A DNA stretch of 64,000 nucleotides from an uncultured Acidobacteriaceae bacterium (GTDB taxonomy: Bacteria > Acidobacteriota > Terriglobia > Terriglobales > Acidobacteriaceae), in contig CAVTYC010000003.1 of the NCBI GenBank assembly GCA_963738855.1, positions 214,241-278,240 of the forward strand. Direction: 5' to 3'. The number at the start of each line of letters is the position of its first letter. Position 1 is the stretch's first letter. Of this stretch, positions 11,748 to 22,156 are shown piece after piece. The notes below the pieces were generated by a model, which worked only from the letters and a program-made list of their open reading frames with translations, had not been told where the DNA came from and ran no database searches. The position numbers and the translations under genes were made by a program.

Positions 11748-11834
11748 ATGGGATTGATGCGCATCGCAGCCTGTACTTGTTGCCCTTGTTGTAAGGGCAC
11801 CTGTTGCTGCTGCGTTGGAATCTCCCTCACCTAA
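11748..11834 (+). CDS. Cys-rich leader peptide (putative attenuator sORF; not in ORF track)
   Basis: MGLMRIAACTCCPCCKGTCCCCVGISLT*; 9 Cys in codons 9-22; between promoter and terminator. Confidence 0.8.
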   Translation: MGLMRIAACTCCPCCKGTCCCCVGISLT

Positions 11835-11867
11835 GTAAACCGACCTAATTCGGACTTAGAGGATCTC

Positions 11868-11913
11868 AGGAACCCACGTATCAGCGCCAGCCGCGAACGT
11901 GGGTTTTTCTTTT
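11868..11913 (+). terminator. Intrinsic terminator/attenuator in the operon leader
   Basis: AGGAACCCACGT...ACGTGGGTTTTT followed by CTTTT, upstream of the first structural gene. Confidence 0.8.
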
Positions 11914-11953
11914 GCCCCAACACTCAACTCCAAAACCTGAATCAGGAGTCTCC

Positions 11954-12076
11954 ATGGCACCCCTCAACCACAGCACCACCGCAAGCCGCATCAACGTGGA
12001 CCTCATCGCCGTAGCCATCGCCCTCACCCTGGCCGCGCTCATTCGCTTCAACATCATCCCGCCGGTCTCCTTCTAA
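11954..12076 (+). CDS. 40-aa single-TM microprotein preceding YeiH-family gene (not in ORF track)
   Basis: AGGAG RBS; MAPLNHSTTASRINVDLIAVAIALTLAALIRFNIIPPVSF*; C-ending codon bias like its neighbour. Confidence 0.75.
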   Translation: MAPLNHSTTASRINVDLIAVAIALTLAALIRFNIIPPVSF

Positions 12077-12087
12077 CAAACAAAGAG

Positions 12088-13188
12088 ATGTCCGCCGCCC
12101 ACACCATACCGACGCCAGTTGCCATCCCGGCACCATCGCCCGCGACCCGTCTCCTGCGTGCGATCCCCGGCATCGCCCTGCTCTTCGGCATCGGTCTTCT
12201 GGGCAAGCTCCTCGAGCACACCTTCACCCAACTCCGCACCGCCCACCCCACCATCCCCTTCCCCCACCTCGAGTACGTCCTTTGGGCCATCGTCCTCGGC
12301 CTCGCCATCGGCAACATCTTCGGAGTAGCAAACATCTTCCGCCCCGGCGTAGCCACCTACGAGCTCTGGCTCAAACTAGGCATCGTTCTTGTCGGCGCCC
12401 GCTTCCTCCTGCAGGACATCCTCCACATCGGCGGCCTCTCCCTTGCCCTCGTCGCCGTCGAACTCATCCTCTCCCTCAGCGTGATGCACCTGCTCGGCCG
12501 CATCTTCAAGCTCCCGCCGAAGCTCACGTCCCTGCTTGCTATAGGCTCCAGCATCTGCGGAGTCACCGCCATCATGGCCGCCCAGGGAGCCATCGAGCCC
12601 GAAGAAGAGGACACCAGCACCGCGATCGCCTCCATCCTGACCCTGGGAGCCATCGCCCTCTTCACCTTCCCCGCCATCGGCCACGCCCTTCACATGAGCC
12701 AGCAGGGCTTTGGCATGTGGGCCGGCCTCGCCGTCGACAACACCGCCGAGTCCCTCCTTACCGGCTCACTCTTCGGCGAAGAAGCTGGCCGCTGGACCGT
12801 ACTGGCCAAGACCGCCCGCTCCGGCTTCATTGGCTTCGTCGTTCTCGCCTACGCGGTCTACTGGTCCTCGCGTGGCCTGGCCCCCGACGTCGAGCATAAG
12901 GGCGTCTTCCTCTGGAGGAAATTCCCCAAGTTCATCCTCGGCTTCATCGCCCTCTCCATCCTGGCCACCAGCGGATTTTTCACCCACACCCAGCTCACCA
13001 GCCTCGGCAACCTCTCCCGCTGGGCCTTCCTCCCGGCTTTTGCAGGAGTAGGCCTCCGCACCAACCTCCGCGACCTCACCGGACAGGGCTGGCGTCCCCT
13101 CATCGTAGGTATCCTCGGCGAGATCTTCATCGCCTTCATCACCCTGGCTCTCGTCTATTGGAGCTTCAACCACGGAGTCGCCCGATGA
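12088..13188 (+). CDS. YeiH/UPF0324 family putative sulfate exporter-type membrane transporter
   Basis: LKLGIVLVG, AIGSSICGVTAIMA, GMWAGLAV, FPKFILGF, AGVGLRT; about 10 TMs. Confidence 0.9.
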   Translation: MSAAHTIPTPVAIPAPSPATRLLRAIPGIALLFGIGLLGKLLEHTFTQLRTAHPTIPFPHLEYVLWAIVLGLAIGNIFGVANIFRPGVATYELWLKLGIVLVGARFLLQDILHIGGLSLALVAVELILSLSVMHLLGRIFKLPPKLTSLLAIGSSICGVTAIMAAQGAIEPEEEDTSTAIASILTLGAIALFTFPAIGHALHMSQQGFGMWAGLAVDNTAESLLTGSLFGEEAGRWTVLAKTARSGFIGFVVLAYAVYWSSRGLAPDVEHKGVFLWRKFPKFILGFIALSILATSGFFTHTQLTSLGNLSRWAFLPAFAGVGLRTNLRDLTGQGWRPLIVGILGEIFIAFITLALVYWSFNHGVAR

Positions 13189-13334
13189 CTCCAACCCAAA
13201 CCCCATCTCACTCGCCGGAGCACGCCATGCAGGAAAGCAATCGCAAACCCGCCCTTTCGCCCGCCGAAATACTAGTCTTCGGAACTCTCATCGTCTATTT
13301 CACCCTCACCATCCTTCACGTTCTTCCCGTCTAG
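13185..13334 (+). CDS. Putative single-TM microprotein (49 aa, or 35 aa from ATG 13227)
   Basis: ATGA overlap with YeiH stop; second ATG has GGAG RBS; ...MQESNRKPALSPAEILVFGTLIVYFTLTILHVLPV*. Confidence 0.55.
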   Translation: MTPTQTPSHSPEHAMQESNRKPALSPAEILVFGTLIVYFTLTILHVLPV

Positions 13335-13557
13335 ACCAGCGATGCCAACGTCACTCCCACAACCCGGACGCCTCACCTTCGCCGAGCAATCCGCCGCGAA
13401 GAAATGCATACGCGCAACCGCTCCCGCCCATCCCTCCGACACCACACGCTGTCGTTGTCGCCGTTAAGCGAGAACCAGCCCCTCCATCCTTAAAATCCAG
13501 CCCCCGCGACTCGCCCCACAAAAAGCGAGCGCCCCCGCCCATCTTTCGGAGCCCACT

Positions 13558-16500
13558 ATGCACGCTCGCACCTTAGCGTCCTTTGCCAAACTTCTCCTCA
13601 TCGTTACCTTCGCCCTCACCGCCCTCCACGCCCAGGTTGTCGGCGGAACCCTCTCCGGCACCATCACTGACCCCACCGGAGCCACCCTCTCCAACGCCCA
13701 GGTCCTCGTTCACAACGACGAGACCGGCAACGAGCGCCACCTCACCACCGGCCTCGACGGCCGCTACTCCGCTCCCTCCATCCCCGTCGGCACCTACACC
13801 ATCACCGTCCAGCTCGACGGCTTCGCCTCGCAGCACCGCACCGGAATCCCCCTCACCGTAGGCCAAAGCAAGCAGATCGACATCCAACTCACCGTCAACG
13901 CCGTCGATCAGCAAATCTCCGTCGAAGATACCCCCGCCATCGTCAACCTCTCCACCCAGCAAACCTCCGGCCTCGTCGACGAGCGCCAGATCAAGCAACT
14001 CCCCCTCAACGGCCGCAGCTACGACCAGCTCATCACCCTCAATCCCGCGACGGTCAACTACACCGGCCAGCGCTCCGGCTCCATCGGCACATCGAACTCC
14101 TCCGTCGGCAACATGTTCTCCATCTCTGGCCGCCGCCCGCAAGACAATCTCTTCCTCCTCAACGGTGTTGAGTACACCGGAGCCTCCCTCATCAACGTCA
14201 CCCCCGGCGGCACCAGCGGCCAGCTCCTAGGCGTCGACGCCGTCCGCGAATTCAACGTCGTCAGCGACACCTACTCCGCCAGCTACGGCAAGCGCCAGGG
14301 CGCACAAATCTCAATCGTAACCGTGTCAGGCACAAATAGCCTCCACGGCTCCGCCTACGAGTTCATCCGTAACTCCGCCCTCGACGCCCGCAACTACTTC
14401 GACCAGCCCCACATCCCCGCCTTCCAGCGCAACAACTTCGGCGCCTCCCTCGGCGGCCCCATCCGCAAAGACAAACTCCTCCTCTTCGCCAACTACGAGG
14501 GCTACCGCCAGAATCTCGGACTCTCCGACGTCACCCTAGTCCCCGACAACGCTAGCCGAGCAGCCGCCGTAGCCAGCGTCAAGCCCCTTCTGCAACTGTG
14601 GCCGTTACAAAATGGTCCCGAGCTCGGCAGCGGCATTGCCTACGCCTACTCCAACCCCATGCAGCGTATCCGCGAGGACTTCGGCACCGCCCGCTTCGAC
14701 TACAACATCAGCCCCAAAGACCTCTTCTTCGCTGTCTACACCATCGACGACTCCTCCGCCAACACCCCCTCCGCCAATCCCTACTCCCTCGTCAACGAAA
14801 CCCTCCGCGAGCAAGTCCTCAGCCTCCAACATCAGCACGTCTTCTCGCCCAATCTCCTCAACACCGCCCGTTTCGGATACAGCCGCGCCTCCTACTTCTT
14901 CACCGGCATAGTCCCCACTAACATCAGCGCCAACATCCCCGGCTGGGTCGCAGGCAAAACCGTCGGAGCCATCGTCATCGCAGGCTCCACCGCCTCCAAC
15001 GGAGCCTCCCAGATCACCGGCGCAGGAGCCAACGTAGGCAGCAACAACACCACCGCGCGCAACCTCTTCACTTTCGACGACCACATCTTCTTCACCCGCG
15101 GCCGCCACCAGATCGAAGCCGGAGTCTGGCTCCAGCGCCTCCAGTCCAACGACAACCTCGCGCAGAACCAGTACGGCCAGGCCAGCTTCTCCACCCTCTC
15201 CAGCTTCCTCGCCGGAACCGTCGCCACCTTCACCGTCGTCCCCGCCCCCACCGAGCTAGGCTGGCGCTCCACCCAGTACGCCGGATACCTCGAAGACACC
15301 ATCAAGCTCACCCCTCGCCTCGAACTCCGTGCCGGCTTCCGCTTCGAAGGCACCACCGGCTGGAGCGAATCGCAATCCCGCGCCGCCAACTACGCCGTCA
15401 CCAACGGCGTCATCGCCACGAATCCCACCATCGGCTCCAGCGCCCTCACCACCAACAACGCCAAGTTCCTCCCCGAACCCCGCATCGGCCTCGCCTGGGA
15501 TCCACAGGGCAACGGCCACACCGCCATCCGCGGAGGATTCGGCATCCACCGCGCCCTCCTCGATAACCTCGACTACCGTCTCGACCAGGCCGCTCCCTTC
15601 AACACCACCGTCTCGGTCAAAAACATCGCCGTCAGCGCCCTCCACTTCACCCCAACCAGCACCCCGCCCGCCGGAAGCCTCGTCTCCCCTTCCAACGTCC
15701 AGCCCGACATCCAGACCCCAACCGTCCTCTCCTGGTACTTCAAAGTCGAGCAGCAAATCGCCCCCAACACCTCCCTCACCGTCGGCTACATCGGCTCGCA
15801 CGGCTACCACCAGATCCTCTCTGAAGACCAGAACGAGCCCATCCCCGTCACCTGCCCCAACCCCGCCTGCCCCGCGACCCTCGCCTCAGGCACGGTCTAC
15901 TTCCCCTCGACCGTCAAAGCCAACCCGCTCGTAGCCAACACCACCTCGTGGGTCTCGCAGGGCACCAGCCTCTACAACGGCCTCGTACTCGACCTCCGCC
16001 GCAGCTTCGCCAACGGTCTCCAACTCCGCGGAAACTACACCTGGTCCAAAAACCTCGACGACGGCTCCGCCTGGAACACCAGCGTCAGCGGCAACACCCC
16101 CGCCTTCGTCTCCAACCCCTTCAACCCCAAGGCCGACTGGGGCCCCGCCGCCACCGACGTCCGCCACCTCGCCAGCATCAGCGGCACCTACGACCTCCCC
16201 TTCGGCCGCGGAGCCCTCACCACCAACAACGCCTTCACCAACTGCGCGATCTCCGGCTGGACCCTCAGCAGCATCAGCCGCCCTCCAATCCGGCTTCCCC
16301 TTCACCCCGCAGCTCGGCTACAACCCCACCGGCTCCGGAGACACCCGCAACCCTGTCCGCCCCGACATCAACCCCAACTTCAAGGGCAACCTCTATCCCG
16401 GTACCCCCACCCAATACTTCAACCCCGCAGCCTTCCTCACACCAGCCGCTGGAGCCATCGGCAACCTCGGCCGCGACACCCTCACCGGCCCGAACCTCAT

Positions 16501-16747
16501 CAACCTCGACGCCTCCCTCATCAAGTCGACCCAAATCACCGAACACGTCCGCGCCCAGTTCCGCGCCGAGTTCTTCAACGTCCTCAACCACACCAACTTC
16601 ACCACGCCGAACCCAGTCATCTACAGCTCCGGCCCAACCCCCACCACCCTCACCGCCGCCCCGGTCCTAAGCCCAACCGCCGGAGTCATCACCGCCACGG
16701 CCAACACCTCACGCCAAATCCAATTCGGCTTAAAACTCCTCTTTTAG
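13558..16747 (+). CDS. TonB-dependent receptor with N-terminal CarboxypepD-reg-like domain; apparent 1-nt insertion near 16276
   Basis: Signal peptide, GTITDPTGA, LPLNGR, DAVREF; shifted frame continues ALQSGFPFTP...QFRAEFFNVLNHTNF...SRQIQFGLKLLF* with terminal Phe. Confidence 0.9.
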
Positions 16748-16770
16748 CGAGGAGCCCTTGTTTTTCTTGT

Positions 16771-17067
16771 TGTCATCCCGTAGGGATCTGCTGTTGTCTT
16801 TGCCGTTGCTCGATCTAACAAAAACTCGTCATCTCGACCGAAGCAATGGACAGTCTCATCGTCCATTGCGCGGTGGAGAAGCCTGTCCTGAGCAAAGTCG
16901 AGGGACCCCCCATTTTGCTTTTGACTTCGCTGTTCCTGTTGCCTTTCTTGCTTGTCATCCCGCAGGGGATCTGCTGTTGCTGTTGCCCGTGCATCTAGGT
17001 AAGCCAAGCCTTCAGGCTTGGCCATCTCCTCGGGCCGAAGAAGAAAGGGCTTTAGCCCCGGGGTATG
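16771..17067. repeat. Cluster of REP-like palindromic elements
   Basis: TGTCATCCCGTAGGGATCTGCTG (16771), CGTCATCTCGACCGAAG...GGAGA...GACCCC (16827-16910), 16941-16980 near-identical to reverse complement of 30269-30309, GCCAAGCC-TTCA-GGCTTGGC, GGGCTTTAGCCCC. Confidence 0.85.
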
Positions 17068-17119
17068 ACTTTTCAGCCGAGCGTCAAAAACTTCCTAAAA
17101 AAGGCTCTCGCGAATACCA

Positions 17120-17377
17120 CAGATTTTAAACCTGTCAAGCCATAAAACCAGCTATCTCTATATAAATAAACAAGATAGACGTGGCATAGTAATTTCACCC
17201 AAACAGCTATACTAAATAGAGAGAACGAAATAGCCCCGGATCCCGGGGCATTCTTGTTTAGAATGAATACTTTAGCAATAAGCCATTTCAATGCAATACT
17301 TTAGCCTGAAAGTCCAAGCGTAAAGTATTTCATTAGAATACTTTACGTACTTAAGTAGGGGGAGGGGGATACCCTCC
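17120..17377. other. AT-rich non-coding element with repeated AATACTTTA half-sites and a perfect 11-7-11 inverted repeat
   Basis: CGTAAAGTATT-TCATTAG-AATACTTTACG at 17319-17347; two more AATACTTTAGC copies upstream. Confidence 0.6.
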
Positions 17378-17398
17378 GAAGGAGCACGCAAGAGCACC

Positions 17399-18655
17399 AT
17401 GATCGCCGAAATCATCGCCATTGGCTCCGAGATGCTGACCCCCTACCGTCAGGACACCAACTCCCTCTATCTCACCCAGGGCCTCAACGATCTCGGCGTC
17501 TCCGTAGCCTTCAAAACCATCATCGGCGACAACCTCACCCACCTCACCGAGGCTGTCCGCACCGCCATCGCCCGCGCCGACATCGTCCTCTTCTCCGGAG
17601 GCCTCGGCCCCACCGAAGACGATCTCACCCGCGAAGCAGTAGCTGCCGCCCTCAACCTCGAACTCCACCGCGACAACGACATCGTCACCGGCCTCTACAA
17701 GCGCTACGCCGCCCGCAAGATCGTCATGCCGCCCAACAATGCCAAGCAGGCCGATGTCCTCACCGGAGCCACCGTCCTGCCCAATCCCAACGGCAGCGCC
17801 CCCGGCCAATACCTCGACACCGTCGTGGACGGACATCGCAAGATCCTCATCCTCTTACCCGGCCCCCCAAAAGAACTCCAACCGCTGTTCGACGATCAGG
17901 CAAAACCCCGCCTCGCCTCGACCCTCCCGCCGCGCTACATCGCCCGCCGCCTTCTCCGCATGCCGCTCATTCCTGAGTCGCAGGTCGACGCCCGGACTGC
18001 CCCCATCTACCAACAGTATTCGGATGTCGAGACCACCATCCTTGCCCATTCCGGCGAGATTCAGCTCCACTTCATCGCTGCTAAGCCCACCCTGGCCGAA
18101 GCGCAAAGCCGCGTAGACGAACTTGCAGGACGCATCGAAGCAGAGATGCAGGAGGATATCTTCTCCTCCCATGGAGAGACCCTCGAAGAGGTCGTCCTTC
18201 TCATGCTCGGCATGCGCCACCTCACCCTTGCCGCCGCAGAAAGCTGCACCGGCGGCCTTCTGGCCGAGCGTCTCACTGACATTCCCAATAGCTCCCGCAC
18301 CTTCCTGGGCGGAGCCGTCGTCTACACGCCCGAACTCAAGACCACCTTTGCAGGAGTCCCCAAAGCGCTCATCGACGCCAAAGGCGCGGTCAGTGAAGAG
18401 GTCGCCGCCGCACTTGCCGAAGGCATCCGCACCCGCACCAACGCCTCCATCGGCATCTCCATCACCGGCCTGGCGGGTCCCAACGGCGGCACTTCCGGCC
18501 CAGACGCAGAAAAGCCAGTAGGACGCGTGTACATCGGTCTAGCCGACTCAAATCACACCACAGTAAAAGAGCTGAACCTTCCCGGCGACCGCGAACGCAT
18601 CCGCTGGTGGGCCACGCAGCATGCCCTCGAACTCATCCGCCGCTCCCTCCTCTAG
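17399..18655 (+). CDS. cinA: Competence/damage-inducible protein CinA (MoCF-like plus NMN deamidase domains)
   Basis: [46 protein letters not shown]. Confidence 0.95.
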   Translation: MIAEIIAIGSEMLTPYRQDTNSLYLTQGLNDLGVSVAFKTIIGDNLTHLTEAVRTAIARADIVLFSGGLGPTEDDLTREAVAAALNLELHRDNDIVTGLYKRYAARKIVMPPNNAKQADVLTGATVLPNPNGSAPGQYLDTVVDGHRKILILLPGPPKELQPLFDDQAKPRLASTLPPRYIARRLLRMPLIPESQVDARTAPIYQQYSDVETTILAHSGEIQLHFIAAKPTLAEAQSRVDELAGRIEAEMQEDIFSSHGETLEEVVLLMLGMRHLTLAAAESCTGGLLAERLTDIPNSSRTFLGGAVVYTPELKTTFAGVPKALIDAKGAVSEEVAAALAEGIRTRTNASIGISITGLAGPNGGTSGPDAEKPVGRVYIGLADSNHTTVKELNLPGDRERIRWWATQHALELIRRSLL

Positions 18656-18660
18656 AGAAT

Positions 18661-20513
18661 TTAGAGGCGGCAGATGAGCAGTTCGCGCTCGTAGATCATC
18701 TCCGGCGGCAGGTGGTCGTGGAGGAGCAGGAAGAGCTCTTCGTGGTCCATGACTTCGCTGCGCCAGGCGGCGCGGTCGACTGCCTGGAGGTCGTCGAACG
18801 TGGCTCTTGGCGGGAAGTCGAGGCCCTTCCAGTCGATGTCGTCGTAGTGCGGCGTCCAGCCGATCGGGGTCTCCTTGCCCTGGGCGCGGCCGCGGACGCG
18901 ATCGACGATCCACTTGAGGACGCGCATGTTCTCGCCGAAGCCGGGCCAGAGGAACTTGCCGTTCTCGTCCTTGCGGAACCAGTTGACGTGGAAGATGCGC
19001 GGCGTGGCGGAGAGCGTGCGCTGCATCTTGATCCAGTGCCGGAAGTAGTCGCCCATGTGGTAGCCGCAGAAGGGCAGCATGGCCATCGGGTCGCGGCGGA
19101 CTTTGCCGACGTGCGCCGCCGGCGGCGGCGGTGGTCTCCGAGCCCATGGTGGCGCCGATGTAGACGCCGGCGGACCAGTTGAAGGCCTGGTAGACCAGCG
19201 GCATGGTGGTGGCGCGGCGGCCGCCGAAGATGATGGCGGAGATGGGCACGCCTTCGGGATCTTCCCAGTCGGGATCGATGGTGGGGCACTGCGAGGCGGG
19301 CGCGGTGAAGCGGCCGTTGGGATGCGCGGCTGGCGCCGGTTGCTTTGCGATCTCGGGCGTCCAGGTGTTGCCCGCCAGTCGAGACACTCGGCGGGCGGCG
19401 CGTCGGTCATGCCTTCCCACCAGACGCCGCCCTCGGGCGTGAGCGCGACGTTGGTGAAGATGGTGTTGCTGCGCGAGCGTGGCCATGGCGTTGGGATTGG
19501 TCTTGCGCGCTGGTGCCGGGCGCGACGCCGAAGAAGCCGGCCTCGGGATTGATGGCGCGCAGCTGGCCGTTGGCGTCGGGCTTGATCCAGGCGATGTCGT
19601 CGCCGACGGTCCAGACCTTCCAGCCCTCGAAGCCGGCGGGCGGGATCATCATGGCGAAGTTGGTCTTGCCGCAGGCGGACTGGGGAAGGCGGCGGCGACG
19701 TAGGTCTTCTCGTCTGCCCTTGTCGGGGGACTTCGACGCCGAGGATGAGCATGTGCTCGGCCATCCAGCCTTCGTCGCGGGCGATGTTGGAGGCGATGCG
19801 CAGCGCGAAGCACTTCTTGCCGAGCAGGGCGTTGCCGCCGTAGCCGGAGCCGTAGGACCAGATCTCGCGGGTCTCGGGGAAGTGGACGATGTACTTCTCG
19901 TCGTTGCAGGGCCAGGGAACGTCCTGCTCGCCGGGCGCGAGCGGCGCGCCGACGGTGTGCATGCAGGGGACGACGCGCTTCTCGTCCTTGTCGATCTCGG
20001 CGAAGACGGGCGCGCCGATGCGGGCCATGATGCGCATGTTGACGACGACGTAGGCGGAGTCGGTGAGCTGCACGCCGATCTGCGACATGGGCGAGCCGAC
20101 CGGGCCCATGCTGAAGGGCAGCACGTACATGGTGCGGCCGCGCATGGAGCCGCGGAAGAGCTGCTTGAGCTTCTTGCGCATCACGAAGGGGTCTTCCCAG
20201 TTGTTGGTGGGGCCGGCGTTGTCCTTGGAGAGCGAGCAGATGAAGGTGCGGTCTTCGACGCGGGCGACGTCGTTGGGCGTCGGAGCGGGCGTAGAAGCAG
20301 CCGGGCCAGAGCTTCTGGTTCAGCGTGAGTGAAGGTGCCGGCCTCGACGAGCTGGTCGCAGAGGAAGTCGTATTCGGCCTGCGAGCCGTCGACCCAGTGG
20401 ATGTGGTCGGGCTGGCAGAGGTCGGCCATCTTTTCGACCCAGCGGATGAGGTGCTTGTTGGTGGTGGGAGGGACGGCGAGGGTTGCGGTGGCGATGGCCG
20501 TTTCAGTCTTCAT
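18661..20513 (-). CDS. pckG: Phosphoenolpyruvate carboxykinase (GTP), broken by multiple frameshifts
   Basis: Fragments across frames: [106 protein letters not shown]. Confidence 0.9.
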
Positions 20514-20643
20514 AAAAGGGGTACTTCCTTCACTAGAAAGTGTTCGCCTCCGCGGAGGGGCTGTCAACCTTGGGGAAGTTATGGGAGTGGTCAGGCCAAT
20601 TATGGCCGTGTTGCGATAAGCTCTTGGGGCTGGAGGTTCTGTG

Positions 20644-22153
20644 ATGAGGCGTGGATGGATTTGGACACTGGGCTTGATGTGGGTGAGTGTTTGGGGGATG
20701 GCTCAGGGGGATCCTCCGCGGGCATCCGACGCGGCGACGGCAGCGGTGCGGGCGCCCGGGACCACGGTACGGATCGAGCTGATCGGGGATTCGACGCAGA
20801 CGAACAGTGCAGGGTATGGGCGAGGCTTCTGCGCGAACCTGACGTCGGCGGTGGATTGCGTGAATATGTCGCGGGGTGGGGCGAGTACGAAGACGTTTCG
20901 CGAGAGGGTTTGTGGGATAGAGCGTTGGCGACGAAGCCGGACTACATGCTGATTCAGTTCGGACATAACGATATGGAGACAACTGAGCATCTGGATGCGG
21001 CAGGTTCCGATGGCGCAGTATGAGGCGAATCTGCGGCGGTTTGTGCAGGAGGCGCGGACGGCGGGAGTGAAGCCTGTGCTGGTGACTCCACTGACGCGAC
21101 GGTACTTTGAGGCGGATGGGAAGGTGCACTCGGATTTGCTGGCTCACGCGGCGACGATGAAGAAGGTTGCGGCGGAGATGAAGGTTCCGGTGATCGATCT
21201 GCAGGCGAGGAGTATTGCGTATCTGGACAGGATTGGCGAGGCGAAGGGCACGGCGCTGGGGATTACGAAGAAGGATACGGATGGGAAGACGATTCCCGAT
21301 AAGACGCATTTGAATTGGCGGGGTCGTATGTGTTTGGGCGGATGGTGGCGGTGGATCTTGGGAAGGCTTTGCCTGCGCTGGCGGGTATGTTCGGCCTGAG
21401 GCGGCGGTGCTGCCTGCGGAGGGTGTGAAGGCGATGCGGGTGATTGAGGGTGGGCCGGTGAAGATAGTGTTGGTGGGAGATTCAACTGTGAACGCGGAAG
21501 GCGGTTGGGGAAAAGGGTTTTGTGAGGTTGTGACTTCAAATGTTGCTTGTGTGAATGAGGCTCTGAATGGAAGGAGTTCGAAGAGCTTTATCGATGAAGG
21601 TGCCTGGGCGAAGGCTTTGGCTGATAAGGGAGATTACTACTTGATTCAGTTTGGGCACAACGATCAGAAGAAGGATGTGGCGCGGGCGACAGACCCGGAG
21701 ACGACCTATACGGCGAATATTCGCAGATATATACGAGATGTGCGGGCGATTGGAGCTGTTCCAGTGGTGGTGACTTCGTTGTCGCGGCGGAACTACCGAG
21801 ATGGAAAGCTCGTGCTTGATCTGAAAGAGTATGTAAATGCGGCAAAACGAGTAGCTGCAGAAGAAAATGTAACCTTAGTTGATCTTAATTCAATGTCAGT
21901 GAAATTGCTCGAGGGTATGACTCAGGCGCAGGCGGATGAGTTCGATGCTGAATCGCATCCCGACGCGAAGGCTGAGAGTACAGGCCCGCTGAAGGACAGG
22001 ACACATCTGAACGCCAAAGGCCAGGCTGTGTTTGGACGGATGGTGGCCGATAATCTGGTTCGGACGCAGGTGGAACTTGGGCCAGACCTAGTGGGGGTGC
22101 CAGTCAAGGCCGCTATTGTCGTGCAACAGGCTGCTCCCACGGATGGCAAGTAG
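20644..22153 (+). CDS. Secreted tandem SGNH/GDSL esterase (rhamnogalacturonan acetylesterase-like), frameshifted
   Basis: Two sets of GDST, QFGHND and DxTHLN motifs spread over several frames. Confidence 0.85.
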
Positions 22154-22156
22154 GAG

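Noticed and set aside
16270-16285. Programmed frameshift in the TonB receptor
   Set aside because: No slippery sequence; lies near other indels that look like errors.
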